Positions 39,023 to 49,078 of a stretch of 64,000 nucleotides of DNA are shown piece after piece. Origin of the DNA: Opitutaceae bacterium (lineage in GTDB: Bacteria > Verrucomicrobiota > Verrucomicrobiia > Opitutales > Coraliomargaritaceae). Within the stretch, counting starts at the first letter, position 1. Each line of letters opens with the position of its first letter. Both the position numbers and the translations under genes were made by a program. The stretch spans positions 640,001 to 704,000 of the forward strand of contig JBPOFY010000001.1 of the NCBI GenBank assembly GCA_051252375.1, given 5' to 3'. Under the pieces are notes generated by a model. It saw only the letters and a list, made by a program, of their open reading frames with translations. It ran no database searches and was not told the DNA's origin.

Positions 39023-40057
39023 ATGAAGACATACCTAAAACCCCTGTTCCTCTTTTCGGGCTGCGCGCTCGCTGCAATTTCAACTCTCAACGCTGGGGTA
39101 GCTACTCCAGTGACGACCGATCCTGTTGGCTATGTGACGGTGACCATTAACGGCACTGGTGGTGTCGCAAGTGAAGCATTCACATATATGGGTGCGCCAT
39201 TGCATGCGGCAACTTCAACGGCTGGTGCCCTTGACACTTCTGCGGCTAACACTCTTACCGACTCGTCTCAAACTTGGACGGTTGATGCATATGCAGGTAA
39301 TTATGTTTTAATTACATCCGGCACTAACGAAGGTGTAAGCGCGACCATTGCATCAAATACAGCAACAGCACTTACAACAGTCGAAGATCTTGACAGCCTA
39401 CTTGCTGGCGATGAGACCTTTGAAATTCGTTCTTACACTACTATCGGTGATCTCTTCGGCGCCGCTAACGAAGCTGGACTAGACGGTGGTAGTGGTGCTG
39501 GTAATGCTGACAATATTCTACTGCAGGATGGGGCTGGTGGCTTCGATACCTACTATTATAAAGATTCAGGTATTTTCGGTGGCACAGGCTGGCGTAGTTC
39601 TGCAAGTAATTCGATTGATGAGTCTGGTGCCGCGATTCCCTTTGGCTCTGGAGCGATTGTGGTGCGTCGTCAGTCTGCTGATATTGACCTCGTGATTTCT
39701 GGAGCAGTGTTCGGTGGAGATGCAACTTCTCCTGTCGAGGCTGGGTTTAATTGGATGGCTACAGCGATCCCTGTTGATGTGACTCTTGCAGGCTTGTTTG
39801 GAGCAGCAAATGAGGCAGGTCTTGATGGTGGTAGTGGTGCCGGTAATGCTGATAATATTCTGGTCCAAGATGGTTCAGGTGGATTTGACATCTACTACTA
39901 TAAAGATGCAGGTATCTTCGGCGGCACAGGATGGCGTAGTTCCGCAAGTAACTCGGTTGACGAGTCGGCCGCAGTTGTGGCTACTCCGGGGCAAATGTTC
40001 CTAATCAATCGTTCTGGTGGAGCAGGAATTAACTTGACTGAAACATCACCACTATAA
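39023..40057 (+). CDS. TIGR02597-like Verrucomicrobia secreted protein with internal duplication
   Basis: Signal peptide, TTDPVGYVTVT N-terminal motif, two 60-aa repeats (54/60 identical). Confidence 0.7.
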   Translation: MKTYLKPLFLFSGCALAAISTLNAGVATPVTTDPVGYVTVTINGTGGVASEAFTYMGAPLHAATSTAGALDTSAANTLTDSSQTWTVDAYAGNYVLITSGTNEGVSATIASNTATALTTVEDLDSLLAGDETFEIRSYTTIGDLFGAANEAGLDGGSGAGNADNILLQDGAGGFDTYYYKDSGIFGGTGWRSSASNSIDESGAAIPFGSGAIVVRRQSADIDLVISGAVFGGDATSPVEAGFNWMATAIPVDVTLAGLFGAANEAGLDGGSGAGNADNILVQDGSGGFDIYYYKDAGIFGGTGWRSSASNSVDESAAVVATPGQMFLINRSGGAGINLTETSPL

Positions 40058-40098
40058 TTTAATCCTCTTTTTCCCAATAACAACATAACTTACTTACT

Positions 40099-40731
40099 AT
40101 GAAAAATATCAAAACTACAATGATTGCTGCAAGTGCTCTGCTGCTTGCTGCAATATCTTTACCAGCTGCAGGCATCCAGTTTACTGCTCAGACTGCAAAT
40201 AATATTGCTGGCGTAAGCGAAGCGGCTCTTCCTGCTGCTGGGCTCGTCGAAGTCGGCACATGGGATGGTGCAACCTTCTCCGTGCTCGGTTCCGGCCCGA
40301 ACGACAATGCAGGCTTCGTTGGACCAGGCGATGGTTTCTTCAACAATTCAGTAGCTAAATTTGACACGAATTCAATCGCGGGTGCTCAACTAGCTTTTCG
40401 CTGGTCTGATGGTGTAAATGTTGGTATTGCTTACTTTGACATTACTGCTGGTGGTGATGCTGGGGTTACTGCCCAATGGACAGCGAAAGCTGGCGATGGT
40501 GGCGGCACAGATTTCAATGTTAACATTATGGATCTATCTGATCTTACCAATCGCACTGACTATTCGGCTTTGGACGGTCCAGCTGTTCTTATCGGCGCAG
40601 CGTTCGGTGGAACGAATCTTGGAGGTGTTCCTTCCTTTAACTTAGTTCCAGTTCCTGAGCCATCTGCTTTCGCAGCACTTGCAGGTGTTATGGCACTTGG
40701 TTTCGTGGCACTTCGCCGCCGTCGCGCATAG
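40099..40731 (+). CDS. PEP-CTERM sorting-domain surface protein
   Basis: Signal peptide; VPEPSAFAALAGVMALGFVALRRRRA. Confidence 0.9.
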   Translation: MKNIKTTMIAASALLLAAISLPAAGIQFTAQTANNIAGVSEAALPAAGLVEVGTWDGATFSVLGSGPNDNAGFVGPGDGFFNNSVAKFDTNSIAGAQLAFRWSDGVNVGIAYFDITAGGDAGVTAQWTAKAGDGGGTDFNVNIMDLSDLTNRTDYSALDGPAVLIGAAFGGTNLGGVPSFNLVPVPEPSAFAALAGVMALGFVALRRRRA

Positions 40732-40749
40732 TTCGCTTCAAAACATTTC

Positions 40750-40782
40750 AAAAAGCCTCAGCGTTTGCTGAGGCTTTTTTTT
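40750..40782 (+). terminator. Rho-independent terminator
   Basis: AAAAAGCCTCAGC-GTTT-GCTGAGGCTTTTTTTT. Confidence 0.88.
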
Positions 40783-40916
40783 GTGCCTGCTGGTCGACAT
40801 TGAAGATCAATATACACTCTGAGGTGCTAGATTTAGAAATATAATAGGTTCAACGTCGAATAGCGGGGAGCCTCTTGCTGCTTACTGGATTGATTAAGAA
40901 AAGAACGTTGTGCTGG

Positions 40917-41055
40917 TTGTAGCCACGTCACTCTGTGACGTGTTTCATTGCGCTTCCTCAGAGTTGGATTTTGATGCGTGGCACGTCACAGCTTCGACCA
41001 TCTCGACAAGCTCGGGGCAGGCATGCTCAGGTCGGGGAGCGTGACGTGGCTACAA
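40917..41055. repeat. GTAG-type REP doublet with an insertion in one arm
   Basis: TTGTAGCCACGTCAC-TCT-GTGACGTG (40917-40942); inverted copy CACGTCAC...GTGACGTGGCTACAA (40982-41055) whose loop holds ~45 extra nt. Confidence 0.75.
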
Positions 41056-41123
41056 GGTGCTTCCTATAAAAACTGAGTCGAGTATTCATCGCCACTGCTT
41101 CAGGCAATCGACGATGAACCAAT

Positions 41124-41154
41124 AAAAAGGGCACCCAAATATTGGGTGCCCTTT
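41124..41154 (-). terminator. Rho-independent terminator of the small lipoprotein gene
   Basis: AAAAAGGGCACCCAA-ATA-TTGGGTGCCCTTT; the U-tract is on the minus strand. Confidence 0.8.
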
Positions 41155-41229
41155 GTTGTAAGTTATGATTGGAACCTGAGTGGTGGCGTCAATCTGTTGA
41201 TGCCGAACCTAGGAGCCAGATTCTTGATG

Positions 41230-41394
41230 TTAGTTAGTTGCGTCTTTGATTGCGTCTGCTGCGTCATTGACAGCGTCTTCGACGGCATCAGCAGCTTTTT
41301 CAGCATCTGACTTCTTTTCGCAGCCAGTGGAGAAGGCGATTCCGCCAAGCATGAGGATTGCGATTGCGAGGTATGTGAGTTTCTTTGTCTTCAT
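41230..41394 (-). CDS. Small lipoprotein (54 aa, helical Ala/Asp-rich)
   Basis: MKTKKLTYLAIAILMLGGIAFSTG|CEKK lipobox; has its own terminator. Confidence 0.75.
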   Translation of the reverse strand: MKTKKLTYLAIAILMLGGIAFSTGCEKKSDAEKAADAVEDAVNDAADAIKDATN

Positions 41395-41555
41395 AATATA
41401 CGTGTATGGTTGAGTTATGTAATGTGCCATTCGGCAGAATCAGTTATATCGCGTTTGCCATAGAATGAAAGGTCTAAGTGGGGTCGCTTCGAGGCGCGTG
41501 GAGGCAAGGGTCCTGTGTTCTTAGACAGTTCCGAGCGAAGCGACATGATCCAGAA

Positions 41556-41686
41556 TTTTAGGCAGAATGATTTTTCCTGAATGGGTGGTTTGTTGATTAA
41601 TGATCGCTGAGTCCAACGTGTTCCATAATGCATGATCCCCATCTTCTAATCTTAGCTTCACCCGAGAAATCATTCTGCCTTAAAAA
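41556..41686. repeat. Inverted repeat element, CAGAAT(C/G)AT family
   Basis: TTTTAGGCAGAATGATTT (41556-41573) and AAATCATTCTGCCTTAAAA (41667-41685). Confidence 0.65.
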
Positions 41687-41839
41687 TACGGAGCATACGA
41701 ACCGGTGCTATGTATTTCCAGCGCAGCTGGAGGCCGCTCATGGTCGTTTAGATGGGGGTTCCTCTTTGATTATAGGTCGTGTTGCTTAATTGGTTGAAAC
41801 TACATTGAGTGGGTTTTCTTATTTTGTCCTAGAAATTTT

Positions 41840-42916
41840 ATGAGTCAGACACTGGAAGGTTTAAGTTATAGCGAGATGGAAGCTGCGTTGGTACGGGGCG
41901 AGGTCAACCCAGTCCATGCGCACCCATTATTTAGTGCGGTGCAGCGTCAACTCCTGCGTGGTGACCTCAGTCAGGCGGCAGGTATCTTACCGCCTGTTCA
42001 GCGGTGGCTTGGGAGTCCGGATGCGATCCCCGCTTGTTACATGAAGTCGGTGGATGAAACACCAAGTGCGGATGGTTTTACGCGAAAGTATCTTCTGGAG
42101 CTTTGCGATGGCACTGAAGTGGAATCAGTTCAAATGGGCTTTCCGGGGCGCTTTACTGCCTGCCTTAGTAGTCAGGTGGGCTGCGCGATGGGCTGTGTCT
42201 TTTGTGCGACGGGGCAGATGGGCTTTTCGAGGAATTTGACTGCGGGCGAGATCGTGGCGCAGGCGCATCATGTCGAGCGTGAGCTGCGGCGCACCAATCC
42301 GGGCGAGCGACTACGTAATATCGTGATGATGGGCATGGGTGAGCCCTTGCACAACTTTGAGCCTGTCATGGAGGCGCTGGAGATCCTTACGGACGATCGA
42401 GGGCTCAACATCGGGCCGGCTCGTGTGGCGGTCAGCACGGTGGGCTATGTTCCGGGTATCGAGAAGCTAGCGCGTCACCCGAAGCGCTACTCCTTGGCGG
42501 TCAGTCTGCATGGGGCCAGCGACGAAGAGCGCGGTAAACTGGTGCCGCTGAATAAGCGTTGGCCCTTGGATGTGCTCTTGGAGGCTTGCCGCGAGTATTC
42601 TGCGATTAAGCGGGCGCGTGTATTTTTTGCCTGGACCTTAATTCGCGGGTTAAACGATAGCGATGACCATGCGCGTCGATTGGCAGACTTGTTGAAGGGC
42701 ATGGATGCCCACGTTAATTTGATTCCATTGAACCCCACAGAGGGTTTCGACGGTGGTCCGCCTGACGAAGTTCGGGTGCGTGCATTCCAGCAGATCATTC
42801 AAGACGCGGGGCTGCCCAGCACAGTGCGCCAACGTCGTGGGATCGACGTGAATGCCGGTTGCGGCCAGTTGAAGGCTAAGCGCCGACCTAAGGGAGTGGC
42901 AGGCCTAGAAGTTTGA
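41840..42916 (+). CDS. rlmN: RlmN-family radical SAM RNA methyltransferase (possibly a paralog)
   Basis: SSQVGCAMGCVFCATG, MMGMGEP, SLH, NLIPLN, AGCGQL. Confidence 0.85.
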   Translation: MSQTLEGLSYSEMEAALVRGEVNPVHAHPLFSAVQRQLLRGDLSQAAGILPPVQRWLGSPDAIPACYMKSVDETPSADGFTRKYLLELCDGTEVESVQMGFPGRFTACLSSQVGCAMGCVFCATGQMGFSRNLTAGEIVAQAHHVERELRRTNPGERLRNIVMMGMGEPLHNFEPVMEALEILTDDRGLNIGPARVAVSTVGYVPGIEKLARHPKRYSLAVSLHGASDEERGKLVPLNKRWPLDVLLEACREYSAIKRARVFFAWTLIRGLNDSDDHARRLADLLKGMDAHVNLIPLNPTEGFDGGPPDEVRVRAFQQIIQDAGLPSTVRQRRGIDVNAGCGQLKAKRRPKGVAGLEV

Positions 42917-42948
42917 GTGCGGGCAGGGTCTGAGGAGCAATGGTTCAC

Positions 42949-43105
42949 GGCAGAATCATTTTACGACAGAATCATATTTTTAACGGGGAGCATAGTTGAG
43001 CAAAGGATTATTACGGGAGAGTCTTATCAAGAATATCTAGATGCTTTCCTGTTCGTCGGTACAGCTGGCTGAGCGGTAATGATTCTGTCGAAAAATAATT
43101 CTGTC
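42949..43105. repeat. Inverted repeat element, CAGAAT(C/G)AT family
   Basis: GGCAGAATCATTTTACGACAGAATCAT (42949-42975) vs ATGATTCTGTCGAAAAATAATTCTGTC (43079-43105), 24/27 complementary. Confidence 0.7.
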
Positions 43106-43212
43106 TTAAATCACGTGGCTGCAAGCATCGCGCTCAGTAGAAAACTGCTTCTCTTTCACATTATTTTGTGTGCATTTTTGCTCATTCGTGATTTCAAACG
43201 AGTAGTCCTTTT

Positions 43213-44285
43213 ATGAAAAAGTCTTACGATGCCTCTACCCGTGCCTTGCCGCATGTGCAAAACTTACACGCTTACGTGCCAGGTGAACAGCCGCAGGGGG
43301 AGGGTTGGGTGAAACTCAATACCAATGAAAACCCATATCCGCCTACGCCGAAGGTGGGTGTTGCGGTGGCCAAGGAGGTGGCGAATCTACGCAAATACCC
43401 GGAGCCAGTGAGCCAGAAACTGCGTGCGGCGATTGGTGCTCGTTTTGGGCTTACGGAGCAAAACGTCATTATCGGCAATGGTTCCGACAATATCCTCGAT
43501 TTGATCACACGTTGCTTCGTGGACCAAGCTGGAGCAGCGCATACAGTGCCGAGCTATTCGCTCTATCCGGTCGTGGCTGGTATGTCGGATAAGGGTTTGG
43601 TCGATGTGCCATTTACTCGGGAAATGAAGTTGGATGTGGACGCCATCGCAGCGACGAAGGCGGCGGTCTTTTTTCTAACTTCACCCAATGCGCCAACCGG
43701 TGTGGCTTTTGGTTTGAAGGAGATTGAGGCGGTGCTGGCGCGAATTGATGGTTTGCTCGTAGTTGACGAGGCCTATGTCGATTTTGGTGGTGAATCTGCG
43801 ATCTCCTTGCTCAGGGATTACCAAAATCTGATCGTGGTGCGGACTTTTTCGAAGTCCTACGGTCTTGCTGGTATGCGTGTGGGTTTCGCCCTCGCTGATG
43901 CCGCTATCATAGGGATGCTGGATCGCGTGCGTGATGCCTATAATTTGGATCGTATTGCGCAGGCGGCGGCCTTGGCGGCTTTTGAGGACGTTGCCTATTT
44001 TGAGGAGCAACGAAAGAAGGTCATTGCCACGCGTGAGGCGACACTAGCGGCTTTGGATACACATGGTTGGTTCACTTATCCGTCGGCCACAAATTTCCTC
44101 TTTACCGAGCCAAAGAATTCCGTCGGAGAGAGCGGTGCGGCTGTGGCGAAGGACCTTTTCGAGCATCTGAAGCAAGCCAAGGTTTTGGTGCGCTATTTTC
44201 CGGGGCATCCTTTAACTTGCGCTTTCATTCGAGTCAGCATAGGAACTGATGCTGAAATGGAGGCTTTTTTAACCGCCGTCACATC

Positions 44286-44304
<19 letters not shown>
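43213..44304 (+). CDS. hisC: Histidinol-phosphate aminotransferase
   Basis: [39 protein letters not shown]. Confidence 0.95.
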
Positions 44305-44888
<584 letters not shown>

Positions 44889-45037
44889 GGCCCGCGAGTT
44901 TATCCACGCCAAGAGTGTGGTATCCTTTGCCGTGGTCTGTTGCGAAACTTTCATCCCAGTTATGAGGTAAATTTTCGTAAACGAAAATCTTGTCGGCTTG
45001 CATCCTGCGCGGAGATGGGCACCCTGTGCGGTTTTCT

Positions 45038-45676
45038 ATGAACACATCGCAATCCAAAACACAGCCGAAACTCGCCGTAATTGATTACGGAATGGGGAAT
45101 CTGCGTAGTGTTGTGCGTGCGTGGGAGCATGTCGGTGCAGATGCTGTTCTAGTCACATCACCTGATCAGATTGTTGGCGCAGACGCCCTTATTTTCCCCG
45201 GACAAGGGGCGATCGTGGATGCGATGCGTCTCCTTAAAGAGACGGGGTTTGATGATGCGATTCGTGAATGGATTGCTGCAGACAAGCCGTTTTTTGGTAT
45301 ATGCCTTGGTTTGCAGGCATTATTTGAGCACTCGGAGGAGGGAGATACTGAAGCCCTCGGCGTGTTTAAGGGGAAGGTGAAGCGCTTTAAGATAGATCCC
45401 TCGCTTAAGATCCCGCATATGGGCTGGAACGCTGTCAGCTTTGATGCTGAAGACCCGATTGTAGAGGGGCTCGCCAGTGGAGTGGATCAGTTTTATTTCG
45501 TCCACAGTTATTACATAGCTCCCGAGGATTCATCTTTAACTCTATTCGAGACTGACTATGGAGGTCGTTTTGTGTCCGGCATTCGGTGCGGAAATTGCTA
45601 CGCTACGCAGTTCCACCCTGAGAAAAGTCAGTCCAAAGGCTTGCACCTTTATCGCAATTTCTTGAAAACTCTGTAG
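45038..45676 (+). CDS. hisH: Imidazole glycerol phosphate synthase, glutaminase subunit
   Basis: DYGMGNL, GICLGLQ, PHMGWN, YFVHSY, QFHPEKS. Confidence 0.95.
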   Translation: MNTSQSKTQPKLAVIDYGMGNLRSVVRAWEHVGADAVLVTSPDQIVGADALIFPGQGAIVDAMRLLKETGFDDAIREWIAADKPFFGICLGLQALFEHSEEGDTEALGVFKGKVKRFKIDPSLKIPHMGWNAVSFDAEDPIVEGLASGVDQFYFVHSYYIAPEDSSLTLFETDYGGRFVSGIRCGNCYATQFHPEKSQSKGLHLYRNFLKTL

Positions 45677-45736
45677 CTATAGTCGACTCTCGTTCACTTG
45701 CATCGTCTTTATTATCAAGCTTTAATCTAACATATC

Positions 45737-47026
45737 ATGGAAACCACCGGCACTATCCGACTAGGCAATGAGAATTTCGAATTCCCGATCATTGAGGGAA
45801 CTGAGGGCGAGAAAGCCTTGGATACAAGGACTTTGCGTGCGAAGTCTGGGCACATCATGTTCGATGAAGGCTACGGGAATACTGGTTCATGCCTGAGTCA
45901 GATCTCCTTCATTGATGGAGAAAAGGGCATCCTCCGGCACCGTGGTTATCCTATCGAGCAACTGGCCGAGCAATCGACCTTCCTCGAAGCGGCGATGTTG
46001 GTGATCTATGGTGAGTTGCCCAAATCGGGTTGCTTGGATGGTTTTCGTAATCACGTCCGCGACCATGCTTCGGTCCATACAGGGATGCATCACCACTTTG
46101 ATGGCTTCCCTATCAATGCGCATCCGATGGCGATATTATCGTCTATGTTGAACTCACTTGGTGCATATTATCCTGAGATGTCATCGAATGATCGGGAGCG
46201 GGATTTAGCGCATTTTGATGAGACAGCTGCTCTTTTGATTTCTAAGGTTCGCACCATTGCAGCGATGACATATCGCATGAAGCAAGGCTTGCCGTTTGTC
46301 TTCCCTGATCACAATCGCCGTTACGCTGAGAACTTCCTGCACATGATGTTCTCGGAGCCGTATAACACTTATATTGACTCTTGTGGTGCGGCGGACGCGC
46401 TTGACCTGTTCTTGCTTCTACACGCTGATCACGAGCAAAACTGCTCAACTTCAACCGTTCGTATGGTGGCTTCCGGTGGGGCAAATCTTTTTGCTTCGGT
46501 TTCAGCAGGCGTGTGTGCGCTTTGGGGCCCATCACATGGTGGTGCCAATATGGCGGTTATCCAGATGCTAGAAGAAATTCATGCCGCCGGAGATGATGGC
46601 TCACGCTTCATCGAAGATGCGAAGAATGGTAAGGCCAAGCTGATGGGCTTTGGACACCGTGTGTATAAGAACTATGACCCACGGGCTAAGATCCTCGGTA
46701 AGAGTGCTGAGCACGTGCTTTCAGGTATCGGTATTGATGATCCATTGCTCGATATCGCGAAACATTTGGAGCAAGCGGCATTAGAGGATGATTATTTCGT
46801 AAAACGTAAGCTCTACCCGAATGTCGATTTCTATAGCGGCATTTTGCTCAAGGCGATTGGTATCCCTGTTGAAATGTTCACAGTGATGTTTGCCATCGGT
46901 CGCATGCCTGGATGGATCGCGAACTGGAAAGAAATCGCAGAAAACCCTAAGAGTCGCATCCATCGCCCACGCCAAGTGTATACCGGTGAGCCTCAACGTG
47001 ATTTCGTCAAGCTAGGTGACCGCTAG
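45737..47026 (+). CDS. gltA: Citrate synthase
   Basis: [41 protein letters not shown]. Confidence 0.96.
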   Translation: METTGTIRLGNENFEFPIIEGTEGEKALDTRTLRAKSGHIMFDEGYGNTGSCLSQISFIDGEKGILRHRGYPIEQLAEQSTFLEAAMLVIYGELPKSGCLDGFRNHVRDHASVHTGMHHHFDGFPINAHPMAILSSMLNSLGAYYPEMSSNDRERDLAHFDETAALLISKVRTIAAMTYRMKQGLPFVFPDHNRRYAENFLHMMFSEPYNTYIDSCGAADALDLFLLLHADHEQNCSTSTVRMVASGGANLFASVSAGVCALWGPSHGGANMAVIQMLEEIHAAGDDGSRFIEDAKNGKAKLMGFGHRVYKNYDPRAKILGKSAEHVLSGIGIDDPLLDIAKHLEQAALEDDYFVKRKLYPNVDFYSGILLKAIGIPVEMFTVMFAIGRMPGWIANWKEIAENPKSRIHRPRQVYTGEPQRDFVKLGDR

Positions 47027-47124
47027 TGCTTGGTGGGAGAACAAATGATTCTCCCTAGACCAGTCGAGACAGTCGTCAGACTGGAGATTGCTTTGGTCGC
47101 TGGCTGGCAATAAAACCTGCCGGC

Positions 47125-47913
47125 TTACTCTGCTGGCTTCTCGGGAGCTCCGTGGAGGACATCTTCGAGTTTTAGGCCAGTCATTTGATTGATACCCTTG
47201 AGAAGTTGCCAAAGCGCGACCATCATGATGATCATGCTGGGTATCGCGATGACGGGCCAGCTCCAGGCCATCATTTTACTGACTTCAGAGTTGAATGCAT
47301 CGGTGCCGCTGGGGCTCACGACGATCCAGCGGGCGAGGATGAAGTTGAGCACAGCGCTTAGCAGAAATGAGCCTGCCAGTAGCCAAGTGCACATGACCAG
47401 TAGTTTGTCGAAGGCAGCTTCCTTTTGGTTGGCCTCTAAACGTGCATGCACTTTGTCGACATCCATGATCTCTGGATTGAAGAGTAGGGTGCGAATGAGC
47501 GGATAGGGTGTCTTTAGTGAAATGATCACAGCGAGCCCTAAGAGGAAGGGGATGGCGGCTTCTTTGACTGCAAACCATTTTGTTGGGATCTCTAGAATCC
47601 CAATGCCTCCGGTCAAGAGCACACTGATTAAACCGAGGATGGAGAAGATGTTATATTTACCGCGCTTGAAGTAGTCGTAGATGAAATAGCTGACAGGGAA
47701 AAGTATCGCGATGATGAGAATCGGCACAGCCACATTTTCGAAGTGTGGTTCCAGATAGCTGCCAAACCATTTCTTTCCCTTATTGAGAATCAAGATGGGC
47801 AAGAGGATATTGAAGCCCAAATTCAGGAAGGTATTTTCCTTTTTCACCGGAGGCTTGCTCGGTGCGGAAGAATTTTTGGGCTGAGGCGTGCTGCTGGGTT
47901 GCGGATCAGTCAT
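47125..47913 (-). CDS. VC0807-like membrane protein
   Basis: Multi-TM protein; [35 protein letters not shown]. Confidence 0.65.
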   Translation of the reverse strand: MTDPQPSSTPQPKNSSAPSKPPVKKENTFLNLGFNILLPILILNKGKKWFGSYLEPHFENVAVPILIIAILFPVSYFIYDYFKRGKYNIFSILGLISVLLTGGIGILEIPTKWFAVKEAAIPFLLGLAVIISLKTPYPLIRTLLFNPEIMDVDKVHARLEANQKEAAFDKLLVMCTWLLAGSFLLSAVLNFILARWIVVSPSGTDAFNSEVSKMMAWSWPVIAIPSMIIMMVALWQLLKGINQMTGLKLEDVLHGAPEKPAE

Positions 47914-47938
47914 GTGTTCGCTTAGGCTTTTCCGAGTT

Positions 47939-48589
47939 ATGTCGAACGCAAGCACTATTCGTTGTCTTATTACAGCCGGGCCTACCCGGGAATTTATCGA
48001 TCCGGTTCGCTTTATTAGCAATCCATCGACCGGAAAGATGGGCTTTGCCCTCGCGGATGCCGCGGTGGAAGCCGGATGGACGGTGGATCTGATTGCCGGG
48101 CCTGTCGCGCTAGAAGAGCCGGATGGTGTGATTCTTTACCCTGTCGTGACTGCTGAAGAAATGTATCACCAAGTCGATGCGCTTTTTGATGCGTGCGATA
48201 TATTGATCATGACGGCTGCGGTGAGTGATTTCCGACCAGTGACGCAGCACGCGGAAAAAGAGAAAAAGGGCGATGCCTCGATGACGGTCGAATTTGAACG
48301 CACCATTGATATCTTGAAGACGGTCTGCGAACGAAAGGTGCACCAGACTGTGGTTGGATTTGCCGCGGAGACGAATAATGTGGTGGACTACGCGAAGAAG
48401 AAACTGGCCGAAAAGAAAATGGATTGGATCGTCGCTAACAAAGTGGGCGAGCCCGGTGCTGGTTTTGCCGCTGATACCAATGAGGTGATACTGATTGCCG
48501 CTGACGGCAGTTCCGCAAAGCTCGGTCCAACGAGTAAAGCCGCGATCGCGAAAGAACTGATTCAGTTAGTCACGCCAATCTCTTCGTAG
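47939..48589 (+). CDS. coaB: Phosphopantothenate--cysteine ligase (stand-alone CoaB)
   Basis: [41 protein letters not shown]. Confidence 0.9.
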   Translation: MSNASTIRCLITAGPTREFIDPVRFISNPSTGKMGFALADAAVEAGWTVDLIAGPVALEEPDGVILYPVVTAEEMYHQVDALFDACDILIMTAAVSDFRPVTQHAEKEKKGDASMTVEFERTIDILKTVCERKVHQTVVGFAAETNNVVDYAKKKLAEKKMDWIVANKVGEPGAGFAADTNEVILIAADGSSAKLGPTSKAAIAKELIQLVTPISS

Positions 48590-48595
48590 CGGTGT

Positions 48596-48628
48596 CTTAA
48601 TCATACTCTTACTCCTAATCTTAATCCT
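48596..48628. repeat. Left hexamer array flanking the four-helix-bundle gene
   Basis: CTTAAT CATACT CTTACT CCTAAT CTTAAT CCT. Confidence 0.75.
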
Positions 48629-48641
48629 CTTTATCTTTGCC

Positions 48642-49034
48642 ATGCCTGAAATCTTTGATCACGAAAAACTCAAAGTTTATCAGCGTGCTTTGGACTTTGT
48701 GGAATTTACAGATGCCTTGTCTGCAAATGTGTTGAAGGGCTTAGCGGTGCGTGACCAGATGGATCGTGCTTCTACATCAATCGTGCTGAATATTGCGGAG
48801 GGTAATGGCAAATTCACTTCAAAAGACCGTTGTCGTTTTTTTGATATAGCCCGAGGCTCCGCTTTGGAATGTGCCGCCGCTTTGGACGTATGTGTTCGTC
48901 GTGGAAAGACTGATGAGACCCTGGCGGGAGAGGGTAAAGAGATTTTAAGGGAGATCGTTTCGATGCTGGTTGGATTAATCCGTAGTCAGAAGGCGGATCG
49001 AGTCTATGAGGATCAGACTGAGTATGGAAATTAG
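48642..49034 (+). CDS. Four helix bundle protein (TIGR02436 / 23S rRNA IVP-like family)
   Basis: FDHEKLKVYQ, DQMDRAS.SIVLNIAEG, RFFDIARGSALEC, ML.GL motifs. Confidence 0.9.
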   Translation: MPEIFDHEKLKVYQRALDFVEFTDALSANVLKGLAVRDQMDRASTSIVLNIAEGNGKFTSKDRCRFFDIARGSALECAAALDVCVRRGKTDETLAGEGKEILREIVSMLVGLIRSQKADRVYEDQTEYGN

Positions 49035-49039
49035 AACTG

Positions 49040-49071
49040 GGATTAAGATGAAGAGTAGGATTAAGATTAAG
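49040..49071. repeat. Right hexamer array (inverted relative to the left array)
   Basis: GG ATTAAG ATGAAG AGTAGG ATTAAG ATTAAG; its reverse complement aligns in register with 48596-48627. Confidence 0.75.
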
Positions 49072-49078
49072 TCGTTTT

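Noticed and set aside
41710..41751. 13-codon uORF MYFQRSWRPLMVV upstream of the rlmN-like gene
   Set aside because: No well-spaced RBS, stalling motif or supporting structure; ORFs this short arise by chance.
41840..42916. Cfr-type antibiotic-resistance methyltransferase
   Set aside because: Motifs (CAMGCVFC, MMGMGEPL) fit RlmN at least as well; a Cfr call needs a phylogeny.
48642..49034. Diversity-generating retroelement (Avd-like gene)
   Set aside because: No reverse transcriptase or adenine-mismatched TR/VR repeat pair is visible in the window; the FGE-domain gene is 28 kb away with no template copy seen.
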